Shown here piece by piece: positions 9,995 to 22,040 of a DNA stretch of 53,765 nt (within the stretch, counting starts at the first letter, position 1; every line of letters begins with the position of its first letter). Location: the NCBI GenBank assembly GCA_037133055.1, contig JBAXOY010000005.1:1-53765 (forward strand), written 5' to 3'. The notes below the pieces were generated by a model. It did not search any database and had not been told where the DNA came from. It was given only the letters and a program-made list of their open reading frames with translations. The position numbers and the translations under genes were made by a program. This DNA is from Chlamydiota bacterium. Lineage in GTDB: Bacteria; Auribacterota; Tritonobacteria; UBA1439.

Positions 9995-10027
9995 TCCACA
10001 CGGTCCTGCGGACGCGCGGACTGGAAA

Positions 10028-10192
10028 GGCGGCGGAAATGAAGTGGCGGAGGAGATTCAGGGGCTGGGCGGTCGTCGCGGACAGTCCGATGCGCCGGCGG
10101 ACACGCAGGATGCTTCCCCGGCTCGCCGCGCGCCCGTCGACGATCAGCGCGCTCTCTCTCTCAGGCATGTCCTGAACCCCCGCACTCCCCGT
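10028..10192. ncRNA. Candidate structured ncRNA (long rod with an internal bubble)
   Basis: Nested complementary segments: ttcagg/cctgaa, ggtcgtcg/cgacgatc, gccgg/ccggc, gcgg/ccgc; no convincing ORF. Confidence 0.35.
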
Positions 10193-10283
10193 CTCTATGG
10201 CACGCGCGGGGGCGCGGGAAAAGGGACGGCGGAGAATGGCCATCCATTGCGTCGCCGGAGAACGGTGTGGTACCATACCTGCC

Positions 10284-10362
10284 GTTACTCGTTGCTCGTT
10301 GCTCGTCACTCGTGAGGATCGCGGAACCGGAATCTGAAATCTCAAATTTGAGATCTGAGATC
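10284..10362. repeat. Two adjacent heptamer arrays: (GTYRCTC)x4 and (RATYTSA)x4
   Basis: gttactc gttgctc gttgctc gtcactc at 10284-10311; aatctga aatctca aatttga gatctga at 10331-10358. Confidence 0.8.
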
Positions 10363-10365
10363 ATC

Positions 10366-11316
10366 ATGAAGGTCCTCGTCACCGGCGGCGCCGGATTCAT
10401 CGGTTCGCACCTGGTCGAGCGGCTGCTCGCGCGCGGCGACGAGGTGGTGTGCCTCGACGACTTCAACGACTCCTACGACCCCGCACTGAAGCGGGCGAAC
10501 ATCGCCCCGTTTCTCGGGAACCCCTCGTGCGCCCTCGTCGAGGGCGACATCAGGGACAAGAAGGCCCTGCGGGGCATCGCCGCGCGCCACAAGTTCAAGG
10601 TGATCGTGCACCTCGCCGCGCGCGCGGGGGTGCGCGCGTCCCTCAAGGCGCCGCTGCTCTACGAGGAGGTGAACTGCTGCGGCACGCTCAATCTGCTCGA
10701 ATTCGCGCGCGAACACGCCGTGGGGCGCTTCGTTTTCGGCTCCTCGTCCTCCGTCTACGGAGCGAGCAGCGCCGTCCCGTTCTCCGAGGATGACCGCGCG
10801 GACCGCCCGATCTCCCCCTACGCGGCGACCAAGAGGTCCTGCGAACTCTTCTGCCACGCCTGGCACCACCTCTACGGGATGCAGGTCACCTGCCTCCGCT
10901 TCTTTACCGTCTACGGGCCCCGGCAGCGGCCGGAGATGGCGATCCACCGGTTCACGCGGAAGATCTTCCGGGGCGAGCCGATAGAGGTGTACGGCGACGG
11001 GACGAGCCGCCGGGATTACACCTACGTGGACGATATCATGGACGGCCTGCTCAAGGCCGTCGACACGCCGTTTCCCTTCGAGATCGTGAACCTCGGGGAG
11101 TCGAGGACCGTCGAGCTCAAATTTCTTGTCGCGGCGCTGGAGAAGGCGATAGGGAAAAAGGCGATCGTGAAGGCCCTGCCCGACCAGCCGGGGGATGTAC
11201 CCACAACCTGCGCGGACATCCGCAAGGCCCGGGAACTCCTCGGCTACAGCCCCCGCGTCCAGGTCGAGGAGGGGGTGCAGCGGTTCGTCGACTGGTACCG
11301 GCGCGTCAACCCGTGA
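10366..11316 (+). CDS. NAD-dependent epimerase/dehydratase (UDP-glucuronate 4-epimerase-like)
   Basis: TGGAGFIG, HLAARAGVR, YAATK, RFFTVYGPRQRPEMA, QPGDV motifs. Confidence 0.93.
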   Translation: MKVLVTGGAGFIGSHLVERLLARGDEVVCLDDFNDSYDPALKRANIAPFLGNPSCALVEGDIRDKKALRGIAARHKFKVIVHLAARAGVRASLKAPLLYEEVNCCGTLNLLEFAREHAVGRFVFGSSSSVYGASSAVPFSEDDRADRPISPYAATKRSCELFCHAWHHLYGMQVTCLRFFTVYGPRQRPEMAIHRFTRKIFRGEPIEVYGDGTSRRDYTYVDDIMDGLLKAVDTPFPFEIVNLGESRTVELKFLVAALEKAIGKKAIVKALPDQPGDVPTTCADIRKARELLGYSPRVQVEEGVQRFVDWYRRVNP

Positions 11317-11374
11317 GCGCCCCCGCTGCCCGGACAGGCGTCCGTGCTGCCCCGGTCTCGTGTGCGATGATTCC

Positions 11375-12142
11375 ATGAATATGCTCCAGGCGGTCGTCAT
11401 CGGCGTCGTGCAGGGGATCACCGAGTGGTTCCCCGTTTCGAGCTCCGCGCACCTCGTTTTCGCCGAGAAGGTCCTCGGGATAAAAACCTCCGGGGTCTCG
11501 CTCGAGGTGGTGCTGCACATGGGGACTCTCGCGGCCGCCGTGCTGTATTACCGCGCCCAGTGGGCTCGCATCCTGCTCCGGCCCTTAGACCCGTGGGCGC
11601 GCAGGGCGCTGGGGCTTCTCGTGCTCGCGACGATCCCCGCCGCCGCGGCGGGGCTCCTCGCCCACGACTGGATCTCGGAACGATTCCACGACCCGCGGCT
11701 CGCCGCGGGCGGGCTCGTCGCATGCGGCTTTTTTCTCGCGGTCGCCGGGAGGGCGCGGGCCGGCAGCGCCGAGATCGGGTGGGGGAGGGCGCTCCTCATC
11801 GGCACCGCCCAGGCCTTCGCGCTTCCCCCGGGGATATCGAGGTCCGGAATGACCGTGGGCGCGGGGCTCCTCGCGGGGGTGAAGCGGGAGCGGGCGGTCG
11901 AGTTTGCGTTCATGATGGCGGTCCCTGCAATCCTCGGCGCCTCGATCGTCCAGCTCCGGGAGATAGGATCCGCAGCCGAGGGTTTCGGGGCGGGACCGTT
12001 GTGCATCGCCGCCGCCGCCGCGTTCGTGATCGGCTATGCGGCGATCGGCATCTTACGGAAGGCCGTCGTTGCGGGCATGATCTCCTGGTTCGGGTACTAC
12101 TGCATCGCGGCCGGAGCGGCATGGGCGCTATGGCTGCGATGA
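11375..12142 (+). CDS. uppP: Undecaprenyl-diphosphatase
   Basis: QGITEWFPVSSSAH and PGISRSG motifs; multiple TM segments. Confidence 0.93.
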   Translation: MNMLQAVVIGVVQGITEWFPVSSSAHLVFAEKVLGIKTSGVSLEVVLHMGTLAAAVLYYRAQWARILLRPLDPWARRALGLLVLATIPAAAAGLLAHDWISERFHDPRLAAGGLVACGFFLAVAGRARAGSAEIGWGRALLIGTAQAFALPPGISRSGMTVGAGLLAGVKRERAVEFAFMMAVPAILGASIVQLREIGSAAEGFGAGPLCIAAAAAFVIGYAAIGILRKAVVAGMISWFGYYCIAAGAAWALWLR

Positions 12143-12762
12143 GCGGCGTCGTCACGGGGCTGGAGATCTCCGTCGCTCCCGCGGCGGTTCTGCGGCGCAT
12201 GGGGATGGGCTCCTCCGGCGCGCGCGGCGCGGGGGAGATCGGGTCCCTGATCGCGCGCGGGATCGAGGCGGGGCGCCGCCTCGTCGCCCCGGCTGCGGTC
12301 TGCGCGACGATCGTGATCGAGCGCTGCGCCGGGGGCGTCGTCTCGTTCGAGGGAACGGGGTTCGTCATACGGAGCGCGGATGTGGCGGGCCTCCTCGCGC
12401 CCTGCGCGCGGGCCACGCTTATCGGGGCGACCGTGGGGCAGGGGCTCTCATCGGCCTCCGGGCGTCTCATGGCCGGGAAGGCGATGACCGAGGCGATGAT
12501 CCTCGACGCCTACGGATCGGAGGCGGTCGAGGCGGTTGTCGATGCCGTGGTCGAGGGGCTGGGGCGTGAGGCAGGGGCGGCGGGGTTCACGCTCACGCGA
12601 CGGTTCAGTCCCGGCTACGGCGACTGGCCGCTGTCCTCCCAGCCCGGAGTGCTCGATGCGCTCGGGGCCGCGCGGATCGGAATCGCCGCGGGCCCTGAGT
12701 GCATCCTCGCTCCGGAGAAATCCGTGACCGCGGTGCTCGGCTGGGTGTCGCGGGATACATAA
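12139..12762 (+). CDS. Stand-alone methionine synthase activation (AdoMet-binding) domain
   Basis: RRFSPGYGDWPL and PEKSVTA motifs; ATGA overlap with uppP; adjacent to metH. Confidence 0.85.
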   Translation: MSGVVTGLEISVAPAAVLRRMGMGSSGARGAGEIGSLIARGIEAGRRLVAPAAVCATIVIERCAGGVVSFEGTGFVIRSADVAGLLAPCARATLIGATVGQGLSSASGRLMAGKAMTEAMILDAYGSEAVEAVVDAVVEGLGREAGAAGFTLTRRFSPGYGDWPLSSQPGVLDALGAARIGIAAGPECILAPEKSVTAVLGWVSRDT

Positions 12763-12781
12763 TGATGCCACGGTTTACTCA

Positions 12782-15208
12782 ATGATGAAACCCATACTCG
12801 ATGCGATGCGGGAGCGGGTCCTCCTCGGCGACGGGGCGATGGGGACCATGCTCCAGGATGGTGGGCTCCCCGACGGCGCCTGCCCCGAGGAGGCGGTCCT
12901 GAGCCGCCCCGCGCTCGTCGTCGGCGTCCACGAGCGGTACCTTGAGGCGGGGGCCGAGGTGATCGAGACGGACACCTTCGGCGCCAACTGCCGCAAGCTC
13001 GCCGACTACGGCCTCGCCGGGGAAGTCGAACGGATCAACCGGGAGGCGGTCCGCCTCGCCCGAAAGGCCGCGCTCGGGAAGGCGTATGTCGCCGGTTCGG
13101 TGGGCCCGCTCGGCGCCCAGCTCGCGCCGCTCGGGGCTCTGACATTCCAGGAAGCGGTCGAGGCATTCCGCGAGCAGATGCGCGCGCTCGCCCACGCGGG
13201 GGCCGACGCCCTGTTCCTCGAGACCTTTTCCGACATCCGCGAGGCGAAGGCGGCGCTCGTCGCGGCGCGGGAGGTCTCCGGCATCCCCGTGATCGCCCAC
13301 ATGACGTTCGGCGAGGAGAACAGGACATTCTCGGGGACCCCTCCCGATGTCGCGGCCGTGGTGCTGACCGCCCTGGGGGCCGCCGCGGTGGGGACGAACT
13401 GCAGCCTTGGTCCCGAGGGGATGCTCCCGGTGATCGAGGCCATGGCGAAGGTCACCCGGGCGCACCTCTCCGTGTTCCCCAATGCGGGGCTCCCCGAGCT
13501 CGTGGACGGCAAAACCGTGTTCCGGAAAAGCCCCGCGGAGATGGCGGCGTTCGCGGAGCGCTTCGCGGCCGCCGGGGTGAGCCTTGTGGGGGGGTGCTGC
13601 GGCACGACCCCCGCGCATATCAGGGCGATGGCCGGGGCGCTCGCGCGGAGAAAGCCGGTGAAGCGCGCGGTGCCGGAACGCCTGCGCCTGTGCAGCCGCA
13701 CGAGGACGGTCACCCTCGATCCGGGAAATGGGCCGCTCGTCATCGGCGAGCGGATCAACCTGAGCGTCAGGGCGTCCATGGCGCGCGCATTCATCGGGGA
13801 TGATACCGCCCCGGTGCGCGACGCGGCGATCGCCCAGACGCGGGAGGGCGCCCACGCCCTGGACGTGAACGCCGGGGCCCACGGGGAGTCGCTCGGCGTG
13901 GGGGCGGTCCCCGAGGCGGACCTGATGGCGCGCGCGGTGCGCGTCGTCCAGCGCTGCGTCGACGCCCCCATCGTGGTCGACTCGAGCAGCCCCGACGCGC
14001 TGGCGGCGGGCCTCCGCGAGGTGGAGGGGAGGGCGCTCATCAACTCGGTCACCGCGGACAAGGAGACGATGCCGAGGCTCCTCGCCATCGCGCGCGCCTA
14101 CGGGGCGGCGATCATCATACTGCCGCTTTCGGGGAAGGGGATCCCGGAGACCGCCGCGCGGAGGCTCAAGCTCGCCGAGGAGGTGACGGCGAGCGCGCTC
14201 AGGGCGGGCATCAGGCCCGAGGATATCCTGATCGATCCGCTCGTGATGGCGGCGGCCGCCGCGCAGGATCAGCCCGGGGTGACGCTCGAGACGCTGCGGA
14301 TGCTGAAGGCGCGCGGATGGCAGACGGTCCTCGGCCTGAGCAACGTCTCCCACGGGCTGCCCGAGCGGAGCAGCCTGAACGCGGCATTCCTCGCCATGGC
14401 GGTGGGGGCGGGCCTCGACGCGGTCATCTGCAACCCCGCGGATGAGCTCGTGATGCGCACCCTGCGCGCGGCGCGCGTGCTCGCGATGAAGGACGCCGGC
14501 GCGCGGGAATTTATCGCGGGGGTGCAGGCCGCCCCCGCCGCCCCGCCGCCCCCCGAGGAGGCCGGCGCCCCGACGCCCGCGCGCGTGCGGGAGCGGCTCC
14601 TCGCCGCCATCCTCGCCGGCGATCGGGACGGGGTGATCCCCGCGGTCGAGGAGGCGCTCGCGCAGGGGATTCCGCCGATCGAGATCAACGTCTCGATGCT
14701 GGCCCCCGCGCTCGAGGAGGTGGGGGCGCGGTTCGAGCGCCGCGAGATATTCCTCCCCCAGATGATCCTCGCCGCCGAAACGGTCCAGGCCGCCTTCGCG
14801 CGCCTGAGGCGGGAGATGAAGGGCGAGCGGATGCCGTCGCGGGGCAGGATCGTAATGGCCACGGTCCTCGGGGACGTCCACGACATCGGGAAGAACATCT
14901 GCTGCACCGTCCTCGAGAACTACGGCTACGAGATCGTGGACCTCGGCCGGAACGTGCCTGCCGAGGTGATCGCGGAGCAGGCCGCGGCGTCGGGGGCGAA
15001 CCTCATCGGCCTCTCCGCGCTCATGACCACCACGATGCGGCAGATGGAGACGGTAATCGCGGAGCTCAGGCGGCGCGGGCTCACGCAGAGGGTCATGGTG
15101 GGCGGCGCCGTCGTCACCCCGGCCTACGCCCGGAAGATCGGCGCGGACGGCTACGCAAGAAACGCCGGGGAGATCGTGCGCCTGGTGAAGCGCCTGATGG
15201 GCTCCTGA
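12782..15208 (+). CDS. metH: Cobalamin-dependent methionine synthase (Hcy, pterin, cap and B12 domains; no activation domain)
   Basis: DGAMGT, NCSLGP, GGCCGTTP, IGERIN, LGLSNVS, DVHDIGKNI, SALMTTT motifs. Confidence 0.92.
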   Translation: MMKPILDAMRERVLLGDGAMGTMLQDGGLPDGACPEEAVLSRPALVVGVHERYLEAGAEVIETDTFGANCRKLADYGLAGEVERINREAVRLARKAALGKAYVAGSVGPLGAQLAPLGALTFQEAVEAFREQMRALAHAGADALFLETFSDIREAKAALVAAREVSGIPVIAHMTFGEENRTFSGTPPDVAAVVLTALGAAAVGTNCSLGPEGMLPVIEAMAKVTRAHLSVFPNAGLPELVDGKTVFRKSPAEMAAFAERFAAAGVSLVGGCCGTTPAHIRAMAGALARRKPVKRAVPERLRLCSRTRTVTLDPGNGPLVIGERINLSVRASMARAFIGDDTAPVRDAAIAQTREGAHALDVNAGAHGESLGVGAVPEADLMARAVRVVQRCVDAPIVVDSSSPDALAAGLREVEGRALINSVTADKETMPRLLAIARAYGAAIIILPLSGKGIPETAARRLKLAEEVTASALRAGIRPEDILIDPLVMAAAAAQDQPGVTLETLRMLKARGWQTVLGLSNVSHGLPERSSLNAAFLAMAVGAGLDAVICNPADELVMRTLRAARVLAMKDAGAREFIAGVQAAPAAPPPPEEAGAPTPARVRERLLAAILAGDRDGVIPAVEEALAQGIPPIEINVSMLAPALEEVGARFERREIFLPQMILAAETVQAAFARLRREMKGERMPSRGRIVMATVLGDVHDIGKNICCTVLENYGYEIVDLGRNVPAEVIAEQAAASGANLIGLSALMTTTMRQMETVIAELRRRGLTQRVMVGGAVVTPAYARKIGADGYARNAGEIVRLVKRLMGS

Positions 15209-15240
15209 CGGCGGGCGAGAATCGGCAGGCGAGAATTCGG

Positions 15241-15300
15241 TTGACAAAGCCGCGATTCGGGGCAATACTGAGGTCCCTTGGAATAGCAAAAGGAGGAGGT
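15241..15300 (+). promoter_or_regulatory. Putative sigma70 promoter and RBS of hppA
   Basis: TTGACA-17 nt-AATACT at 15241-15269; AGGAGGAGG at 15291-15299. Confidence 0.65.
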
Positions 15301-15305
15301 AGCGT

Positions 15306-17621
15306 ATGAGCATGCGTATCACGCGTATCATTGGAATGGCGGCGGGACTCGCCGTCCCTCTCGCCGCCCACGCGCAGGAGGCCGGCCAGATGACGGTGCA
15401 GTCTCTCCCGATCTACTGGCTTATCGCGCCGATTGCCTCGATCGCGGCGCTCGTCTGCGCATGGTTCTTTTATCACTCGATGATGCGGTGCTCCGAGGGC
15501 ACCGACCGGATGAAGGAGATCGCCTCGTACGTTCGCTCGGGCGCCCGCGCCTACATCAGGCAGCAGTACAAGGTCGTCGCCATCTGCTTCGTCTTCGCGG
15601 CGCTCTTTTTCGCGTTCCTCGCCTTCGTCCTCCACGTCCAGTCGAAGTGGGTCCCGTTCGCCTTTCTCACGGGCGGGTTCTTCTCGGGCCTCTGCGGCTT
15701 TATCGGCCTCAAGACCGCCACCTACGCGAACTGCCGGACCGCGAACGCCGCCCGCACCTCGCTCAACAGCGCCCTCCAGATCGCCTTCCGGAGCGGCGCG
15801 GTCATGGGCCTCGTCTGCGTCGGGCTCGGGCTCCTGGACATCTCCATCTGGTTCTACGTGCTTACCATGGTCGTGCACCTCACCCTCGTCGAGACGACCG
15901 TCACCATCCTCTGCTTCGGGATGGGCGCGAGCACGCAGGCGCTCTTCGCGCGCGTCGGCGGGGGCATCTTCACCAAGGCCGCCGACGTCGGGGCGGACCT
16001 CGTCGGGAAGATCGAGGCGGGCATCCCCGAGGACGATCCGCGGAACCCCGCGGCGATCGCCGACAACGTGGGCGACAACGTCGGGGACGTGGCCGGGATG
16101 GGCGCCGACCTCTACGAGTCGTACTGCGGCTCCATACTCGCGACAACCGCCATCGGCGTCGCGTCGTTCGCGGCGGAGCCCGGCCTCATCCTCAACTCGA
16201 TCCTGCTGCCGATGGTCATCGCGGGGGTGGGGACGCTCCTCTCCATCGCGGGGATCTTCGTCGTGCGGAGCGGGGAGAAGGCCACGCAGAAGGAGCTCCT
16301 CAAGGCCCTCGCCCGCGGCGTCAACCTGAGCACCGTGGGGATCACCATCCTCTCGTTCTTCTTGGTCTGGGGGCTTCTCGGCCGGAGCCATATCGGCATC
16401 TGGATCTCCATCCTGGCGGGCCTCTTCGCCGGCTGGATCATCGGCAAGGCCACCGAGTACTACACCTCGCAGGACTACAGCCCGACGCGGAACGTCTCCG
16501 AGCAGTCGCTCACCGGGCCCGCCACGGTCATCATCGAGGGGATCTCGGTCGGCATGCTCTCCACGTGGCCGGGGGTGGTCACGGTCTGCGTGGCGACGCT
16601 CGTCGCCTTCGGCGCCGCGGGCGGCTTCACCTCCCCGGAGATGGGGCTCTACGGCGTGGGGCTCGCCGCGGTGGGAATGCTTTCGACGCTCGGGATCACC
16701 CTGGCGACCGACGCCTACGGCCCGATCGCGGATAACGCGGGCGGGAACGCGGAGATGAGCGGCCTCGATTCGTACGTTCGCGAGCGCACCGACGCGCTTG
16801 ACTCGCTCGGCAACACGACCGCCGCGACCGGCAAGGGGTACGCCATCGGCTCGGCGGCGCTCACGGCGCTGGCGCTTCTCGCGGCGTATATCGAGGAGGT
16901 GCGCATCGGGCTGATCCGCATGGCCGATCGAAGCGTCGATCATCTCGTGAACATCGGGGGTGCCGCCTTCGATAAGATCACCATCCAGCAGGCGAACCTC
17001 GCCTTCTTCATGGAGAAGTACAACATCACCCTGATCAACCCCAAGGTGCTCGTCGGGCTCTTCCTCGGCAGCATGATGGCGTTCATGTTCTGCGCCCTCT
17101 CCATGAAGGCGGTGGGGCGCGCCGCGCGCAGGATGGTGGAGGAGGTGCGGCGGCAGTTCAGGGAGATCAAGGGGATCATGGAGGGGACGGCCGTCCCGGA
17201 TTACGCCGCCTGCGTCGCCATCTCCACGAAGGGCGCGCAGCGCGAGATGATGCTCCCGGCCCTGAGCGCCATCGTCATCCCGATCGTCATCGGCCTCGTG
17301 CTCGGCGTCTCCGGCGTCATGGGGTTCCTCGCCGGCGCCACCGCGACCGGGTTTGTCCTGGCGATCATGCTCGCCAACTCGGGAGGGGCATGGGACAATG
17401 CCAAGAAACACATCGAGCAGGGACACCACGGCGGCAAGGGGTCGGCGGCCCACAAGGCGGCGGTGACGGGGGATACGGTCGGCGACCCGTTCAAGGACAC
17501 CGCCGGGCCCTCGCTCAACATCCTGATCAAACTCATGTGCATGGTAAGCGTCGTGGTCGCGGGCCTGATCGTGAAATTCGCGCCGCAGATCGGCGCGTTC
17601 CTGCACATGGGATCGGTATAG
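15306..17621 (+). CDS. hppA: Membrane-bound K+-dependent Na+/H+-translocating pyrophosphatase
   Basis: DVGADLVGKIE, DNVGDNVGD, GNTTAA, GDTVGDPFKDT motifs. Confidence 0.96.
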   Translation: MSMRITRIIGMAAGLAVPLAAHAQEAGQMTVQSLPIYWLIAPIASIAALVCAWFFYHSMMRCSEGTDRMKEIASYVRSGARAYIRQQYKVVAICFVFAALFFAFLAFVLHVQSKWVPFAFLTGGFFSGLCGFIGLKTATYANCRTANAARTSLNSALQIAFRSGAVMGLVCVGLGLLDISIWFYVLTMVVHLTLVETTVTILCFGMGASTQALFARVGGGIFTKAADVGADLVGKIEAGIPEDDPRNPAAIADNVGDNVGDVAGMGADLYESYCGSILATTAIGVASFAAEPGLILNSILLPMVIAGVGTLLSIAGIFVVRSGEKATQKELLKALARGVNLSTVGITILSFFLVWGLLGRSHIGIWISILAGLFAGWIIGKATEYYTSQDYSPTRNVSEQSLTGPATVIIEGISVGMLSTWPGVVTVCVATLVAFGAAGGFTSPEMGLYGVGLAAVGMLSTLGITLATDAYGPIADNAGGNAEMSGLDSYVRERTDALDSLGNTTAATGKGYAIGSAALTALALLAAYIEEVRIGLIRMADRSVDHLVNIGGAAFDKITIQQANLAFFMEKYNITLINPKVLVGLFLGSMMAFMFCALSMKAVGRAARRMVEEVRRQFREIKGIMEGTAVPDYAACVAISTKGAQREMMLPALSAIVIPIVIGLVLGVSGVMGFLAGATATGFVLAIMLANSGGAWDNAKKHIEQGHHGGKGSAAHKAAVTGDTVGDPFKDTAGPSLNILIKLMCMVSVVVAGLIVKFAPQIGAFLHMGSV

Positions 17622-17642
17622 GGAGTGGAAGAGGAGGTGCCC

Positions 17643-17846
17643 ATGGCGAAGCTGAGGATCTATTCCGAGATAAGCCTCAAGGCGGATTTGCCGCTGGAGG
17701 GTGTTGACGCCCGGACGCGGGACTTCGACGTGCAGCGGCATAGGAAAGAGGTGCTCGACTATCTCCAAGAGCGGCTCGCCGCGGCGTTCAAGGACTCCCG
17801 GGATCTCACTGTGCACTACTTCGAGTTCAGCGTCGCCGATGAGTAG
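17643..17846 (+). CDS. Small hypothetical protein (67 aa)
   Basis: Strong RBS GAGGAGGT just upstream of ATG; typical codon bias. Confidence 0.7.
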   Translation: MAKLRIYSEISLKADLPLEGVDARTRDFDVQRHRKEVLDYLQERLAAAFKDSRDLTVHYFEFSVADE

Positions 17847-17882
17847 CGGCGAGGGCCGCCCGGGGGCGGCGGGCAGCGGGCT

Positions 17883-18779
17883 ATGAGCGCGCGCAAAAAA
17901 AGACCGGCGGTGGAGTGGTACCGCTGGGCACGGAAGCCGTTTCTCTTCGCCTTCTACAGCCTGGGGGCGATCTGCTTCCTCGGGTTCGAGAAGATCGAGG
18001 CGTTCCTCGGGGGCAAGATCGCGCCCACGCGGCCCGCGCCGCTCGCCGAGAAGCTCACGGTGACCTTCAACTCCGAGGGGGACAAGGCGGACCTGATCAT
18101 CCCCTTCGTGCCGCTCTTCGGCGGCGACAGCAAGTGGATCAAGCTGAAGCCCGAGTACGTCTTCCGCGACCTGCGCCAGAGCGGCAGCACCCTGAAACTC
18201 ACCGGGCATATCTACGGGAGGAACACTCCCGAGGGGCCCTACAAGGTCGCCGGTATCGTCTTCCTTTCGTCCCAGAAGGAGGTGGCGGCGTTCCTCCGCG
18301 ACCTCGTGAAGCAGGGCCCGCCCCTCACGGTCGGCAGCGTGCTCGAGATCCGGCGGACCGGCGCGGTCCCCCATGCCAAGGGGCTGCTGCTCAAGATGGC
18401 CGTGGGAAGCCGCAAGACGGAGCTCGCGCCCGCGAGGGGCGGCGAGCGCCTGATCGGCGCGGGCCTCGAACAGACCGCCGCCTTTCTCGAGAGGGGGGCC
18501 GAGTACAAGCACCTTCTCATATCGGCCGACGCCCCGGACGCCGCCCGCTACCTCGACGCCATCGACGACCGCGGGAAGTCCGGGATGCGACTCTCGGTCT
18601 ACGCGTGCCTGAACCTCTCGCTCGAAGTGATGGTCCCCATCTTCCTGCTCGAGCCGCAGATGGAGAAGATGAAGATGGAGGACGCGGCGCTCTTCCTCCT
18701 CGAACTGCCGGAGGAGGAGGGGCCTCCCCCCGACCTCCTGGAGGAACCCGCCCCCGAAGAGGAGGTCGCCGCCCGATGA
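17883..18779 (+). CDS. Hypothetical membrane-anchored protein with an acidic C-terminus
   Basis: N-terminal TM segment; typical codon bias; ATGA overlap with the next gene. Confidence 0.75.
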   Translation: MSARKKRPAVEWYRWARKPFLFAFYSLGAICFLGFEKIEAFLGGKIAPTRPAPLAEKLTVTFNSEGDKADLIIPFVPLFGGDSKWIKLKPEYVFRDLRQSGSTLKLTGHIYGRNTPEGPYKVAGIVFLSSQKEVAAFLRDLVKQGPPLTVGSVLEIRRTGAVPHAKGLLLKMAVGSRKTELAPARGGERLIGAGLEQTAAFLERGAEYKHLLISADAPDAARYLDAIDDRGKSGMRLSVYACLNLSLEVMVPIFLLEPQMEKMKMEDAALFLLELPEEEGPPPDLLEEPAPEEEVAAR

Positions 18780-19246
18780 ACGCCCCCGCCATGCCGGTGA
18801 ATCGGAGAATACTCGTCATTGAGGACGACCTCCACGTCGCGGAGATGATCGCCAAGATCGTCGAGCGGCACGGCTGCGAGGCGGTGACGGCCTCAGACGG
18901 CGTCGAGGCCATCTCAAAGGTCATGGCCTCGCCCACGCACATGATCATCCTCGACATCATGATGCCCTTCTTCTCCGGCTACTGGTATTGCGACGTGTTC
19001 AAGAAGAATCCGGCGACGAAGGAGATCCCGGTGGTCATCATCTCCGCGCTCGACAAGAAGAGCGACATCGAGAAGGGGTTGAAGCTCGGGGCGGACGCCT
19101 ACGTGACCAAGCCGTTCACCGAGGAGGGGCTCATGGCGACGATCGAGTCCATCTTCGCGAGGAAGGCGAAGGGCGGGAAGAAGCAGAAGAAGCAGAAGAA
19201 GCAGAAGAAGCAGAAGAAGCAGAAGAAGCAGTCCCCAGGTACGTGA
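18776..19246 (+). CDS. Single-domain response regulator (CheY-like) with a (KKQ)6 tail
   Basis: EDD, LDIMMP, ISAL, GADAYVTKPF receiver motifs. Confidence 0.9.
   Translation: MNAPAMPVNRRILVIEDDLHVAEMIAKIVERHGCEAVTASDGVEAISKVMASPTHMIILDIMMPFFSGYWYCDVFKKNPATKEIPVVIISALDKKSDIEKGLKLGADAYVTKPFTEEGLMATIESIFARKAKGGKKQKKQKKQKKQKKQKKQSPGT
19178..19231 (+). repeat. Perfect 9-bp tandem repeat (AAGAAGCAG)x6
   Basis: Read directly; in frame, encodes (KKQ)6. Confidence 0.95.
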
Positions 19247-19257
19247 ACCCGCTGTGC

Positions 19258-19285
19258 GTTCAACGTACAACCTCCAACTTTGAAC
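19258..19285. repeat. Degenerate heptamer array upstream of clpB
   Basis: gttcaac gtacaac ctccaac tttgaac. Confidence 0.6.
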
Positions 19286-19294
19286 CGTAGTCCC

Positions 19295-21889
<2,595 letters not shown>

Positions 21890-21948
21890 CCCGCCGGACC
21901 GGCTCATTACCCGCGCCCCTTCGGATTCACCGATCCCCCGATATTTCA

Positions 21949-21978
21949 TTGCCCGCCCGCGCCGTAACGGTGTAGAAT
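21949..21978 (+). promoter_or_regulatory. Putative sigma70 promoter
   Basis: TTGCCC-18 nt-TAGAAT upstream of the TPR lipoprotein operon. Confidence 0.45.
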
Positions 21979-22040
21979 GCTTCCCTGCGGGGTCCGGGCA
22001 GGGCGGGACTCCGCGCACGGTAAGTAATTGTGGAGACGGG

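Noticed and set aside
10045..10185. Glycine riboswitch (GGAGA...CTCTCAGG)
   Set aside because: The central CCGAAG is absent (CCGGCG), spacing is wrong and the downstream gene is unrelated
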